Source: an uncultured bacterium (GTDB taxonomy: Bacteria > Acidobacteriota > Aminicenantia > Aminicenantales > Saccharicenantaceae). Taken from it: a stretch of DNA of 64,000 nucleotides. The stretch spans positions 255,276 through 319,275 of the forward strand of contig CAVUQU010000002.1 in NCBI GenBank assembly GCA_963743755.1, in the 5' to 3' direction. Positions 45,104-54,253 of this stretch are shown here, piece by piece. The translations under genes and the position numbers were made by a program. The notes under the pieces are model-generated. The model worked only from the letters and a program-made list of their open reading frames with translations. It had not been told where the DNA came from and did no database searches. Position 1 is the first letter of the stretch; the number at the start of each line of letters is the position of its first letter.

Positions 45104-46720
45104 ATGACCAAGGATAAGACCAAGGGGAAGGCGGTTGAATTACGCCAGCGCGCCGAGAGCTTGCTTTCCGAACGCGTCGCGAAGGGTCCCGAGGTGCCGA
45201 CCGAAAACGTCCAGAAGCTGCTCCATGAGCTGGAGGTCCACCAGATCGAACTCGAGATACAAAATGGGGAGCTGCGCCAGACGGAGATGGAGCTCAAAGA
45301 ATCGCTGGAAAGGTCCCTTGACCTCTATAATCTCGCTCCGGTTGCTTACCTCACTTTGGGCAAAAACAACCTTATCCTGCAGATCAATGTGGCCGCCGCC
45401 AGGCTTTTTGGCGCCGAAAAGCGCACCCTGCTCAACAGAAGAATGACGGAATTCATCGCTCCGGGATCACAGGATGCGTTCTATTTCCACTGCAAGATCG
45501 TTTTAGAAACCCGCAGCGTACAGACTTGCGAGATCGAGATGCTGAGAGCCGACGGCGCCTCATTCCCTGTCCGGCTCGAGAGCTTGGCCAGTACCGACAA
45601 GACCGATGAATCCGAGCAGCACCGGGTCGCCATTTTTGACATCACCGAGCACAAGCAGGCGGAGAGAGGACTTCAACAGGCCCACGAAACCCTGTCCGTC
45701 GTGAATACGAAACTTGAAGAACGCAATCATCAGAACAGCATCCTGAGCGAAATGAGCGAGCTGCTCCAATCCTGTCCGACCATCCAGGAGATGCCTCCGA
45801 TCATCATGAATTACGTCGCCAAGCTCTTTCCCGACTCAGACGGCGCGTTGTTCTTGCTGAACGACCCCCGGACGGCCTTGGAATCGGTTGCCAGGTGGGG
45901 GGATTTCCCCGAAGATGTGAATGACAACATCTTCGCCCCTGATGCATGTTGGGGCCTGCGGCGCGGACGGATCTACGTGATCGAAGATATGAAAACCGGG
46001 CCGATTTGTTCACATCTTCAACAGCCGCCCGGCTTAGCCTACATTTGCCTGCCGTTGGTCGCAAAAGGGGAGACGATCGGTTTGCTCCATTTGAGGACTA
46101 AGCCCCATGTCCCAGGAGAAGACAGTCGTCGCACGATAGCCGAATGGAAAGACATCGCCGTCCTTTTTTCGGAATACCTGTCGCTTTCGATCGCCAATAT
46201 CAAACTTTGGGAGAAACTGACCGACCAGGCCATACGAGATCCGCTGACCGGCCTGTTCAACAGGCGGTATATGGAGGAAAACATACAGCGCGAGTTCCTG
46301 CGCGCGGCCAGGAAACAAACGAAGATCGGCATCGTTATGGCCGATATCGACCATTTTAAAAAGTTCAACGATGCGCATGGGCATAAAGCCGGCGATGAAC
46401 TGCTCGTCAAACTGGCCGTCTTCTTCAAAAGGAATATCCGGGGGTCGGATATCGCCTGCCGCATTGGCGGGGAGGAATTCATATTGATCCTGCCGGAATC
46501 GTCCCCCGAGGATACTTATAAGCGTGTCGAAAACCTGAGGGAGGAGATCAAAAAGATGAAGATCGTTTTTAACGACCAACTCCTCCCTCCCATTTCCTTA
46601 TCGATGGGCATCGCGACATATCCCGACCATGGAATGGAATTGGATGAGCTGACACGAGTCGCCGACATGGCCCTTTACGAGGCCAAGGAGCAGGGTCGCG
46701 ATAAGGTCGTCAGTGGATGA
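45104..46720 (+). CDS. PAS-GAF-GGDEF diguanylate cyclase
   Basis: PAS domain, GAF-like region, and a GGDEF domain with RYGGEEF (IGGEEFILIL) plus the MADIDHFKKFND inhibitory-site region. Confidence 0.85.
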   Translation: MTKDKTKGKAVELRQRAESLLSERVAKGPEVPTENVQKLLHELEVHQIELEIQNGELRQTEMELKESLERSLDLYNLAPVAYLTLGKNNLILQINVAAARLFGAEKRTLLNRRMTEFIAPGSQDAFYFHCKIVLETRSVQTCEIEMLRADGASFPVRLESLASTDKTDESEQHRVAIFDITEHKQAERGLQQAHETLSVVNTKLEERNHQNSILSEMSELLQSCPTIQEMPPIIMNYVAKLFPDSDGALFLLNDPRTALESVARWGDFPEDVNDNIFAPDACWGLRRGRIYVIEDMKTGPICSHLQQPPGLAYICLPLVAKGETIGLLHLRTKPHVPGEDSRRTIAEWKDIAVLFSEYLSLSIANIKLWEKLTDQAIRDPLTGLFNRRYMEENIQREFLRAARKQTKIGIVMADIDHFKKFNDAHGHKAGDELLVKLAVFFKRNIRGSDIACRIGGEEFILILPESSPEDTYKRVENLREEIKKMKIVFNDQLLPPISLSMGIATYPDHGMELDELTRVADMALYEAKEQGRDKVVSG

Positions 46721-46725
46721 CGCCC

Positions 46726-47346
46726 TCAGGCCGGATCGGGCGCGAACGAGCCGGTCTGCAGGCTCCCGGCCGGGCGGTAGACGCTGACGACGACGCCCTT
46801 GCCGGTCGTTCGAGCGCTAACCAGCCTCAGAGTGCGCGGCACCGCGCCGGTCCCGAAGAGCCGTTTGCCGGTCCCGAGGACCACGGGAAAGGTCAGGAGG
46901 CGGTACTCGTCCACGAGATCGTGCTCGATCAGCGTCTGAGCGAGGCCGGCGCTCCCATGGACCTGGACCTCTTGTCCGAATCTTTTCTTGATCGCGATCA
47001 CGTCCTTCACCACGTCGCGGACCAAAGTTGTTTGATTCCAATCGAATGCCTCTTGCGTGCGTGAAGCGACGAACTTCGGGAGCCCGTTGAGCTTGCTCGC
47101 CACGGGATCGGCGGGGTCGGTGATCCGAGGCCAGTAGGCCGCGAAGATCTCATACGTCTTCCGCCCGAGCAGGAACGCCTCCGCTCTCGAAAATATCTCG
47201 ACCATGGTCTTCCCCATATCTTCGTCGGCATGGGGAACGACCCATCCGCCGTGAGGGAAGTTCCCGCTCGGGTCCTCCTCGGGCCCGCCGGGCGCCTGCA
47301 TGATCCCATCGAGCGACAGGAATGTCGTCATGGTCAGCTCAGCCAT
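46726..47346 (-). CDS. dihydrofolate-reductase-family protein (RibD C-terminal domain, YwjB-like)
   Basis: MAELTMTTFLSLDGIMQAPGG...LGRKTYE...HGSAGLAQTL, about 206 aa. Confidence 0.75.
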   Translation of the reverse strand: MAELTMTTFLSLDGIMQAPGGPEEDPSGNFPHGGWVVPHADEDMGKTMVEIFSRAEAFLLGRKTYEIFAAYWPRITDPADPVASKLNGLPKFVASRTQEAFDWNQTTLVRDVVKDVIAIKKRFGQEVQVHGSAGLAQTLIEHDLVDEYRLLTFPVVLGTGKRLFGTGAVPRTLRLVSARTTGKGVVVSVYRPAGSLQTGSFAPDPA

Positions 47347-47470
47347 GTTGCCCTCCCGTGGTTATCGGCTTTGATCGCCGCGATGTGTTCGATATACCCT
47401 GTATCCCGAATGAGTGTCAAGTTCAGGTCCGTTGGTTGGTAATCATCGGCCGGCGGTTCGATCCGGAGGA

Positions 47471-48854
47471 TTATCTCCGGCGCCTTAACGGTAGTTGAAA
47501 ATGACCGGAAAGAGCGCCGTCACGAACCACGCCCAGACCGCGAACGCCGGCATGTAGGCCGTCTGCCAGCGCTCGAGGCGCGTGAACGGGATGCGCTTTC
47601 TGAGGAAACGCGCGTAGAGCACGGCCGACCAGGCCAGATTCACGAGCAGCAGCAGGTTCAGGCCGAGCGCTGCCGTCTTGTTGGGACTGAAACCGGCTTC
47701 GGAGATGCGCGCGGCGATCGCCCACAGAGCGAGGGCGTCCACGATGAGAGCGCTCACCACCAGCAGGAGCTGAAGAACGTCGAACCGGCCGGGAGGCGCC
47801 TGCGGGTCGCGGGCCGAAATGGCGTACAGCAGCAGGCCCAGCACGACGACAAGCAGCAGGTCGAAGCCGATGAGCACCTCCCGCTCGACGCCGATGGGGT
47901 TGCCGGTCCAGATCATGGCCGCCACGAAGACGAGGAGCAGCACCGTGAAGAGCGGCGTGAAGAGCCACGTGAGCACGGGCGCCATGTTCTCGATGACGCT
48001 CTGCTTGTGCTCCACCAGCCAGGCGGCGATGATCACCGCTCCCATCGCTCCGCACGGCATCACCCATCCGACGAGCGCCTTCTCCGCGTCGAGGCCGATG
48101 GCTTTGAAGATGAAGAGCGTGAGGCCCATCAATGTGCCTCCCCCGAGCGCGATGAGCGTGTAGTAGATGAACCACTCGCCGGAGAACCGCACGTAGTTCA
48201 TGCGCTGTTCGTGCGAGCGCCATTGGCCGCCGGTGTAGGCGTAGCACATTGTCGAGCCACAGCGCGATGGGAAGATGGATCGCGGCCAGCAGCCCGGTGT
48301 GACTGTCGGGTTTGAACGGCAGGAGGTTCACCACCAGCCCCGCCGCGGCGAACGGAATGGCGAGCCAGAACCATCCGCTCCGGGGCAGTCCGCGTTTCAC
48401 CGCGAAGAAGACCGGCCAGGAACGGAAGGACGAAGAGGCTGAGATTGCGCAGGTAGAACGCCATGTCCGCCGAGGGTTCCAGGAAGCGGAGGCCGAAAAG
48501 CTCGGGGATCTTGAAAGCGACCGCCGCGGCGATCGCCAGCCCCACGGCCAGGGCGGCATGGCGCGGCTTGGCCGGCGACGATGCGTCGCTCTCGGGAGCA
48601 CCCACGAGCTGCTTCCAGAGCCGCTCGGAATATTCGTTCGCGAATTCGCGTGCCAGAGTGTCCTGATCGCCCAGACGCTTGACGGCCACCAGGAACGCTT
48701 CGTCCTCGTCCAGGCCCGCCCCGCGCAGCGCGTCGATCTGGCTGCGCAGGTGGTCCTCGAGCTCCTCGACGTCGGCGGCATGGACCGCCTGCCGGCTCCG
48801 GAGATACTGCCGCCACTGTGCGATGCGTTCTTCCAGGTTCGTCTTGTTCGTCAC
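47471..48854 (-). CDS. membrane protein (cytosolic N-terminal helical domain plus about 8 TM) encoded downstream of padR; frameshift near 48230
   Basis: GTG 48854 after a GAGGAG SD. N-terminal TNLEERIAQWRQYLRSRQ..LGDQDTLAREFANEY resembles the DUF1700-like partners of PadR regulators; multiple TM helices follow. It is split into ORFs 48198..49103 and 47485..48249. Confidence 0.5.
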
Positions 48855-48877
48855 GGTCTCACTCCTCTCGAGGTCGG

Positions 48878-49231
48878 TCAGACAGGCTGTGCCGCCGGGT
48901 CGAGGGCCATGCACCGGATGCCCCTCATCGCTTGATCCACCACCCGCCATTGGCGGCGCTGACGGTCGAGGTGCTCGGAGCCGGCCCGGGTCAGCCGGTA
49001 GTACTTGCGCCGCCTTCCGGTTTCCGACAGGCCCCAGAACGCCTCGACGAGTCCGTTGCGCTCGAGGCGGTGCAGGAGCGGGTAGAGCATGCCGTCGGTC
49101 CACTGTAGCTCGCCGCCGGACAGCTCGGCGACCCGCTTGATGATGGCGTAACCGTAGCTTTCTCCCTCGCTCAGGATGGCGAGCACCAGCGGTGTGGCCG
49201 AGGCGGCGACGAGGTCCTTGTCGATGATCAC
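48878..49231 (-). CDS. PadR-family transcriptional regulator
   Basis: Winged-HTH LVLAILSEGESYGYAIIKRV...LYPLLHRLERNGLVEAFW; GTG start 10 nt after AAGGAG. Confidence 0.85.
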   Translation of the reverse strand: MIIDKDLVAASATPLVLAILSEGESYGYAIIKRVAELSGGELQWTDGMLYPLLHRLERNGLVEAFWGLSETGRRRKYYRLTRAGSEHLDRQRRQWRVVDQAMRGIRCMALDPAAQPV

Positions 49232-49258
49232 GGCGGCTGAACTCCTTTACCTAGGGCT

Positions 49259-49287
49259 ACTATACATAACAGTTCTATGTATGTCAA
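49259..49287 (-). promoter_or_regulatory. padR promoter (-35 TTGACA, 17-nt spacer, -10 TATAGT) with embedded 21-bp palindromic operator
   Basis: Minus strand: TTGACA-tacatagaactgttatg-TATAGT. The spacer is the palindrome ATACATA-ACAGTTC-TATGTAT (plus 49262..49282), a likely autoregulatory PadR site. Confidence 0.5.
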
Positions 49288-49669
49288 GCCGGACGCACCG
49301 GGTGTAAAGTGAGTGCGGGGTTGCGGAATCCGGTCGCGCCGGACGAAAGGAAGGTGCGGAGATGTTTTCATTCATACTCGATGGCTTGGAGACCCTTCTT
49401 GAGCTCCTGCCCCGCCTTCGGCGAAAAAGAGATCGCCTCAAGGAGTGGACGGGGACCGTCGAAGCGAAGAAGACGCGGGCCCACTCCAAGCAGGCTTATC
49501 TTGTGATCTTCCGGACAGACGAGGGGAAGAGGAAGAAATTCGGCATTTGACAGGAAAGAGGATTTCGACGTCTACGAGGAAGGCAAGAGATACATCAAGA
49601 AAAAGGGGACGACCTACCGGATACAAAGCCGTATCGGTGAACCCGAAAGGCCTGCCGTACTAAAGGAGG

Positions 49670-51640
49670 ATGCGCGTGAGATCGCTCAAGCGAAGGCGGC
49701 TGAGCACCGGCGCGATCGCCGCGCTGGGCGTGGTCCTGCTCCTCGGCGGCCTGTTCTTTTCTCTGCGCAATGTCATCCTGCGCAGCGTCCTGGACAGCCG
49801 CATCCGTTCCTACGAAGCGACCCACGCCGGGGAAATCCTCCGCGTCGGCACGGCGAGATTCAGCGGCCTGGCGGCCATCGACCTGGAAAACATCCAGGTG
49901 CTCGCCGCCGCCAAGGACCTCGCCGCGACCGTGAAAAAATGCTCCGTCCAGATCCATTTCCTCAAGATGCTCAGCGGCCGCGTGCGGCTGAAGCGCCTGG
50001 CGCTCAGCGACGTGATCCTCGATCTGAGCCACGAAGACGTTCCGGGCCCGCTTCCGACCGGCTCGAGCGGTACGGGCGTGACCGTGCCGCCTCGGACCCC
50101 CCCGGGCCCGCCGCCCGACTTCGGAGCCCGGGGGGCGCGGCTGCTCGACCTGTATTTCAGCCTCATCCCCGACAGCCTGGAGATCGAGCGGATCACCCTC
50201 CTTTCCGTTTTCGGCGATGTCCGGCAAGGTCTCTTTTTCCCCCGCCTGGACATCCGGGGTTCCGCCTTCGAGACCAAGCTCGAGGTCTTCGACCAGGGGG
50301 ACAAATGGGTCTACCTGCTGGCCGGAGAGATCGCGAGGGAGGAAAGGCGGCTCGAGTTGCATCTGCTGCCTCGGGAGCGCAGCGGTCCGGCCGTACTGCC
50401 TTTCGTCGAACGGCAATGGGGCCTGAAGGTCGATTTCGATTCCCTGGCCTTCGGCCTGCACAGCCGGGGACGCCGGGACGGCGTGCTCCGCCTGGACGGC
50501 TTGCTGGCGGTCACTGGCTTGGTTCTCAACCATCCGAGTCTCGCGGCCGAAGACGTCCACTTTCAGAACGCCTCCATCGCCTACGCTCTGCGCGTCGGCG
50601 CCGATTCTATCGAGCTGGACAAGGCCACGGAGATCTCATTCAACAGGCTGACCTTCCATCCGTACTTCAAGTTCCGGGCCGGCCCGGCCGCGCAGGTGAC
50701 CCTGACGCTCGACAAGACCGAATTCAAGGCCGACGATTTTTTCGGGTCATTGCCTGCCGGTCTGTTCACCGAGCTGGCCGGTCTGCAGACCAGCGGGGAT
50801 CTGGCCTACCACCTGGATTTTTTCATCGACTTCAGCCGCCCCGAGGCGCTCCGGCTCGCATCGGGCCTGGAGAAACGCGATTTCGCGATCAGTCGCTTCG
50901 GCCGCGTCGACTTCACCGCGGTCAACGCGCCGTTCCTCCACACGGTCTTTGAAGCCGATCAGGCGCCGAGGCCGTTCATGGTCGGGCCGGAGAACCCCGA
51001 TTTCCGCAGCCTCGAGCAGATCCCGCCTTTTCTGAAAAGCGCCGTCATGATCTCGGAAGACGGCGCGTTTTTCAGGCATCGCGGCTTTCTGCTCGATCCG
51101 TTCAAGGAGTCCATCGCCGCCAATCTGAGGCAAAAGCGTTTCGTGCGCGGTGCCAGCACCATCTCCATGCAGCTGGTCAAGAACCTCTTCCTCAAGAGGC
51201 AGAAGACCATCGCCCGCAAGGCGGAGGAGATGATCATCACCTGGCTGATCGAGGAGAACCGGCTGGTCAGCAAGGCCCGCATGCTCGAGATCTACATGAA
51301 CATCATCGAATGGGGGCCGCAGGTCTACGGCGCCCAGGAAGCGGCGCGTTTCTATTTCGACAAGGATGTCGCCGACCTGACCCTGGCCGAGGCGATCTTC
51401 ATGGCCAGCATCATCCCGCAGCCCAAGCGGTTCATGGCCTCGTTCGACGAGGATCAGCGCCTGCGCCCGGGGCTGCAGGCCTACTACGCCGACGTGTCCG
51501 CCAAGATGCTGCAGAAGGGATGGATCGACCAGCGGGATGTCGACGCGCTGATCCCCGACGTGCGGCTGCAGGGCCCGGCCCGGCTCCTGCTCAAGGGCCA
51601 TGAAGTCGGGCCGGACGAATTCGGAGGGGTAATCCGATGA
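49670..51640 (+). CDS. AsmA-like N-terminal domain fused to a GT51 peptidoglycan transglycosylase domain
   Basis: N-terminal TM and AsmA/DUF748-like region. C-terminal GT51 motifs EDGAFFRHRGF, GASTISMQLVKN, IEWGPQVYG and RYYFDKD-type, 656 aa. Confidence 0.65.
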   Translation: MRVRSLKRRRLSTGAIAALGVVLLLGGLFFSLRNVILRSVLDSRIRSYEATHAGEILRVGTARFSGLAAIDLENIQVLAAAKDLAATVKKCSVQIHFLKMLSGRVRLKRLALSDVILDLSHEDVPGPLPTGSSGTGVTVPPRTPPGPPPDFGARGARLLDLYFSLIPDSLEIERITLLSVFGDVRQGLFFPRLDIRGSAFETKLEVFDQGDKWVYLLAGEIAREERRLELHLLPRERSGPAVLPFVERQWGLKVDFDSLAFGLHSRGRRDGVLRLDGLLAVTGLVLNHPSLAAEDVHFQNASIAYALRVGADSIELDKATEISFNRLTFHPYFKFRAGPAAQVTLTLDKTEFKADDFFGSLPAGLFTELAGLQTSGDLAYHLDFFIDFSRPEALRLASGLEKRDFAISRFGRVDFTAVNAPFLHTVFEADQAPRPFMVGPENPDFRSLEQIPPFLKSAVMISEDGAFFRHRGFLLDPFKESIAANLRQKRFVRGASTISMQLVKNLFLKRQKTIARKAEEMIITWLIEENRLVSKARMLEIYMNIIEWGPQVYGAQEAARFYFDKDVADLTLAEAIFMASIIPQPKRFMASFDEDQRLRPGLQAYYADVSAKMLQKGWIDQRDVDALIPDVRLQGPARLLLKGHEVGPDEFGGVIR

Positions 51641-51658
51641 AAGGGAAATGAAGGGACC

Positions 51659-52297
51659 ATGAAAAAGATAGCTTTTTATTTTCTTATCCTGCTGATCGCC
51701 GGCATCGGGACCGGCTGTCGTCACGAAGAAACCGCTGCCGCCGGGGACAGCCCGAGCACGCACTATGCGAACTCCGAGACGGGGATATCATTCACATATC
51801 CCGGATACCTCACGGCGGACACCGCGGCCGGTGCCGTCCTCCTGCACCATGATATCCCCTACGAGAACGCAGGCCCGTGCGACATGATGGGGGATGACAA
51901 AAAATACGACCGGCTGACCGATTTCGAGATGAAGATCCAGATCATCGACGGCAATATCACAAAGACGGTGAGAACGTTGAGCCCCTACATACCCGAGGAA
52001 AACTTCGTGAACGGGGAGCTCGTGGCCTCCCCCGGATTTATCGATCCTGCCACGATCGGCCGTTTCTCCGGCTTTGCCATCTACGAGGGAGCGGAGGGTT
52101 GCGGACATACCCGATACTACTTCCGGCTCCCGGGCGACAGAACGCTCGTTTTGACCAACGCCTCGATCCAAGCCCTATCGGGAGCCATCGTCCAGGAAAA
52201 AGTCGCTGAGGTTTTGGCCGTGCCGGGCGTCATATCCAGAGAAAAGAATATGGAAATATTCGAATCCGTCGTCAGAAGCCTGACGATCCGTGAGTAA
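51659..52297 (+). CDS. hypothetical lipoprotein
   Basis: MKKIAFYFLILLIAGIGTGC lipobox. GC is about 52%, lower than the flanks. Confidence 0.55.
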   Translation: MKKIAFYFLILLIAGIGTGCRHEETAAAGDSPSTHYANSETGISFTYPGYLTADTAAGAVLLHHDIPYENAGPCDMMGDDKKYDRLTDFEMKIQIIDGNITKTVRTLSPYIPEENFVNGELVASPGFIDPATIGRFSGFAIYEGAEGCGHTRYYFRLPGDRTLVLTNASIQALSGAIVQEKVAEVLAVPGVISREKNMEIFESVVRSLTIRE

Positions 52298-52483
52298 TAA
52301 GCGGAAGGATCTCCGCGCCTAAAGACGCTGTCGCCGGCCCGGGAGCCCGTCAGCAGATCGACGCGCCTTGACACCCCGCCCTCCTTGTGACCAAAATAGC
52401 CGCGGCGTAGCGCAGGGCGCTCGCGCTTCGATGCGGCCGTTCTCAGCGGTCCGTAAAGAAGACAAGGCTGGAAGGAGGCGCGC

Positions 52484-53498
52484 GTGTCCGAAAAGATCGA
52501 CCGACGCGGGTTCTTGAAGAACTCCCTGCTGGCCGGCGGGGCGACCCTGGCGGCGATGCACAGCTTCGAAGAGAAGGCCCTGGGCGCCGAGATCGACGGC
52601 GGCCGGCCTTCCGGCGGCACCGCTCCGGCCGCGGCTCCTGTGGAGATCCCGAGAGGCAAGATCAAGGGCCTGGAGATCAGCCGTGTTATCGGCGGAGGGA
52701 ACCTGATGGGCGGCTGGGCGCACAGCCGCGACCTCATCTACGTCTCTCCGCTCGTCAAAGCCTACCACACCGACGAAAAGATCCTCGAAACGTTCAGGCT
52801 GGCCGAGCAGCGCGGCATCAATACGTTCCTGACCAACCCGGTCTCGAGCCGCCTGGTCAATGCCCATCGCAAGGCCGGCGGCAAGCTGCTCTGGATCTCC
52901 GACTGCGCGGCCGGTGGCGGGCTGAAGGATTCCATCGAGAGATCGATCGACACGGGAGCCGACGCCGTCTATATCCAGGGCGGGATCTGCGACAAGCTCG
53001 TCAAAGACGGCCAGATGAAAGCCCTCGAAGACGCCGTGAGTGTCATGAAGGACCAGGTCGTGCCGTGCGGCCTGGGAGCGCACAGCCTCGAGACCGTGCG
53101 CCAGGTGCGTCGAGGCCGGCTTCGATCCCGATTTCTGGGTCAAGACCCTCCACCGGGACGATTACTGGTCGGCGACGCCCGAGAGCGGCCGCTTGCCCTT
53201 CGACGAGATCACCGGATTCAAGACGGATCACAACTTCAACCACGACAACATGTGGTGCAGCGACGCCAGGGAGACGATCGAATACATGGCCGGGCTGAAG
53301 AAGCCGTGGATCGCCTTCAAGGTGCTCGCCGCCGGCGCCATCCATCCGCGCGACGCCTTCCAATGGGCGTTCGAGAACGGGGCCGATTTCATCTGCGTCG
53401 GCATGTTCGATTTCCAGGTCGTCGAGAATACGGACATCGCCGCGGCGGCCCTCGCGGCCGTTTCCCGGACGAAGCGCGCCCGTCCCTGGATGGCCTGA
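52484..53498 (+). CDS. Tat-secreted hypothetical protein; frameshift near 53100
   Basis: MSEKIDRRGFLKNSLLAGGATLAA Tat signal. The frame switches so that ..HSLETVRQ continues as CVEAGFDPDFWVKTLHRDDYWSATPESGRLPFDEITGFKTDHN (ORF 53193..53498 frame). No family assigned. Confidence 0.45.
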
Positions 53499-53523
53499 CG
53501 CGGTCCGGCCGAGGAGTTCCGAT

Positions 53524-54243
53524 ATGAAAAACCAATTCGAGATCCTCATCCTTCTGGGGCGGCCCGCCTCGGGCAAGTCCGAGGTCATCGACCATCTGAA
53601 GAAGACCCCGGTCGAGGAGCGCCTGGAGCGCTTCCACATCGGCGCTTTCGAAGAGATCGACGACTTCCCGATGCTCTGGACGTGGTTCGAGGAGGACGCC
53701 ATCCTCGAGAAGATCATGCACCAGCCCCGCGTCCACTCCGATCCCCAGGGGTATTTCCTCCACCGGTATCAATGGGACCTGCTCATCGAGCGGATCTCCT
53801 TCGAATACGGGAAGAAGCTGCGCGACCCGGGCTACGCGGAGCGGGTGACGACGCTCATCGAATTCAGCCGCGGCTCCGAGCACGGAGGTTACCGGGCGGC
53901 GTTCCGCTCGCTCTCGGCGGGGATCCTCGAGAAGGCCTGCATCCTCTACATCGACGTGTCGTACGAGGAATCCCTACGCAAGAACCGGCGCCGCTTCAAC
54001 CCGGCCCGCCCGGATTCCATCCTGGAGCACGGCCTGCCGGACGCCAAGCTCGAGCGCCTCTATAAAGAAGTGGACTGGGAGGCATTCAAGGGCGAGGATC
54101 CGGAATTCGTCCGTTTTTCCGGCCACCGGATCCCTTACGTCGTGCTCGCGAACGAGCCCGAGGTGACGGACGAGCCGGGGAAGCTCGGACCGGCCTTGGC
54201 GGAATGCCTCTCCAGGCTTTACCAACGACTCGGCCGGAGATAG
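53524..54243 (+). CDS. P-loop NTPase / nucleotide-kinase-like hypothetical protein
   Basis: Walker A ILLGRPASGKSEV, 239 aa. Confidence 0.55.
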   Translation: MKNQFEILILLGRPASGKSEVIDHLKKTPVEERLERFHIGAFEEIDDFPMLWTWFEEDAILEKIMHQPRVHSDPQGYFLHRYQWDLLIERISFEYGKKLRDPGYAERVTTLIEFSRGSEHGGYRAAFRSLSAGILEKACILYIDVSYEESLRKNRRRFNPARPDSILEHGLPDAKLERLYKEVDWEAFKGEDPEFVRFSGHRIPYVVLANEPEVTDEPGKLGPALAECLSRLYQRLGRR

Positions 54244-54253
54244 GGGAGAGGCC

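Noticed and set aside
49362-49550. 62-aa ORF between padR and the GT51 gene (MFSFILDGLETLLELLPRLRRKRDRLKEWTG...)
   Set aside because: It has a weak AGGAAGG-like SD and a plausible size, but no recognisable family. It also overlaps the likely promoter region of the downstream gene. It was not called as a feature and is only noted as a possible small protein.
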